Positions 62,008 through 64,000 of a DNA stretch of 64,000 nt are shown here, piece after piece. Positions within the stretch are counted from its first letter, which is position 1; each line of letters begins with the position of its first letter. Source of the stretch: Azolla caroliniana (lineage: Eukaryota > Plantae > Polypodiophyta). The position numbers and the translations under genes were made by a program. Location of the stretch: assembly GCA_043228905.1 (NCBI GenBank), contig JBHGNT010000018.1, forward strand, positions 14,632,001-14,696,000, in the 5' to 3' direction. The notes beneath the pieces are model-generated. The model searched no databases, was not told where the DNA came from, and worked only from the letters and a program-made list of their open reading frames with translations.

Positions 62008-64000
62008 TGTTGCGAAGTTTCACGTGCATGTGTCACTCAAACAGGACCACCGGGGCCTTGGACCGGAGAGACAAAAGACGTTGAGGAAGTGGGAGATTAA
62101 GACAAAGACATGGGGGAGATATATATCAGTTTTGATATAAATTAGGGTTTTCATTTTTATTTTTTACAATTGTTAGGTGTGACACCACGATTTCGGTGGT
62201 TATTACAATAATCAATTATAAATCAACCAAAGGGGCTAAAATAAACCGACGAAGGCGAGTCTAGTGGGCTCCCAGTTTGACTACTTCTAACAACTATGTT
62301 GCCTCAATTCATAGTAGCTCTCCTGCCACTACAACCTCCCTTAAGCCACCGGCTACCGAGTTGACTACCACCTAGATGCCGAAGAAGTTAATGTATAAGA
62401 AATCGAAGCCCTAAAATATCTCGAGTAAGAAGTATAATAGAGGCAAAACTCTCAAACCCTAAAATCCTAACTCCTCTAGTATGTTGAGGAGAAAAGAAGA
62501 AAAGTAGAAAGAAGAAGCTCTCAAACCCTAACCCTAGAAGGAAAAGAAAAGGGATAAGGGATAAAGAGAAAGGGAGGCTACAAAACCCTAAAATCAAGAT
62601 TGCATGCTTTTTTTTTTATCACAAAAATGGAAGGGGAGCAAAATATTACTTGATTTGTAACAAGAGAGACTCAAACTCTACACCTTTCTATATATACTTA
62701 TGAGCCTTAACCACTAAGCTACTACAAGTTATTTTTTATTATTATTATTTATTATTATATTTCTAGATTATTTCATGAGATGTGAGTGGAACCTTGCTTT
62801 TTCTCACACTGGACACGCCAGCCACACCACGACATCCACCCCCACCAAACTGCACATCCTCCGCCATGTGCCAAAAATAATAATGAAGTGATGTGGTGGG
62901 GCCTAAGGTTATCGACCTTTGTTTTATTTTTCTCTTTGTGGCGCCTTGCCCGCGTCAAATCCACCATCATCTTTGACATCATCTCCACGAAATCTTATTC
63001 ATCTGTGTTTGTCTTCCCCTACCGCTCTTTCACGTCGGGTTCACCAATATTGCGAAGTTTCGCGTGCATGACACCACGATTTCGGTGGTTATTACAATAA
63101 TCAGTTATAAATCAACCAAAGGGGCTAAAATAAACCGGTGAAGGCGAGTTTAGTGGGCTCCGAGTATGACTACTTCTGACAACTATGTTGCCTCGATTCA
63201 GAGTAGCTCTCGTGCCACTACAACCTCCCTTAAGCCACCGGCTACCGAGTTGACTACCACCTAAATGCCGAAGAAGTTGATGTATAAGGAATTGAAGCCC
63301 TAAAATATCTCGAGTAAGTATAATAGAGGCAAAACTCTCAAACCCTAAAATCCTAACTCCTCTAGTATGTTGAGGAGAAAAGAAGAAAAGTAGAAAGAAG
63401 AAGCTCTCAAACCCTAATCCTAGAAGGAAAAGAAAAGGGATAAGGGATAAGGAGAAAGGGAGGCTACGAAACCCTAAAATCAAGAAGAAGAGAAGAAGAT
63501 GAAACCCTAGTGGTACACCCCTAAGCCTACCAATGTTGTAGAGTTTCACGTGCATGTGTCACTCGAATGGGACCGTCGGGGCCTTGGACCGGGGAGACAA
63601 AAAGAGTGACAAAGTGGGAGATCAAGAGAAAGATATGGGGAAAATATACATAAGTTTGATATAAAATAGGCGTTAAACAACAATTAGGTTTAATACCATG
63701 ATTTCGGTGGGTCTTTTTTTTTACATAGAATTAGTTTCATGATTATTCAAAAACGGCTATGAATCAAAATGGGTTTTTGTTTTCTTTAGAATTTCTAGGC
63801 TTGACACCACGATTTCAGTGGTTTTTACAATAATCATTATGAAATAATCAAGGCTAAAATAATCTAGCAAAGGCGAGTCTAGTGGGCTCCAAGCTCGACT
63901 ACTTCCGACGGCTATGTTGCCTCGATTTGAGGTAGCCCTCGTGCCACTACAACCTCCCTTCCGCAATCGGCCACTGAGTTGACTACCACCAAGATGCCGA
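62008..64000 (-). mobile_element. Miniature (TRIM-like) tRNA-Trp-primed LTR element with reiterated LTR copies
   Basis: LTR 62008-62834; PPT 62835-62846 (same as 23455); ~210-bp interior; perfect Trp PBS 63029-63046; further LTR-like copies start at 63048 and 63534; minus-strand tRNA-like module ~62662-62725. Confidence 0.72.

Noticed and set aside
62450-62595. AAACCCTAA telomere-like motifs
   Set aside because: Dispersed single telo-box motifs within an LTR, not a tandem telomeric array.

Overview
Eukaryotic, repeat-dominated DNA, probably from a non-seed land plant such as a fern. This is inferred from the plant-type Ty1/copia and Ty3/gypsy lineages, plant tRNA-iMet and tRNA-Trp primer sites, and short GT-AG introns. 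Most of the window is nested, decayed LTR retrotransposons, and I could resolve several target-site duplications (TSDs). Four things stand out. (1) A decayed DNA transposon (~20275-38207, split by an 11-kb copia insertion) carries a Sola/DUF7869-like transposase on + and, divergently on -, an intron-containing gene. That gene joins a ParB/Srx-like domain to a bacterial-type beta-class (N4-C/N6-A) DNA methyltransferase. (2) The only clearly intact non-TE gene (39311-39697, -) encodes a secreted 10-Cys protein resembling the fungal/viral KP4 killer toxin. (3) A gypsy group primed by tRNA-Trp inserts repeatedly at ACGT with 4-bp TSDs. (4) The LTRs of that group carry tRNA-like A-box/B-box modules. 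All family assignments come from recognising motifs by eye; no database search was run.
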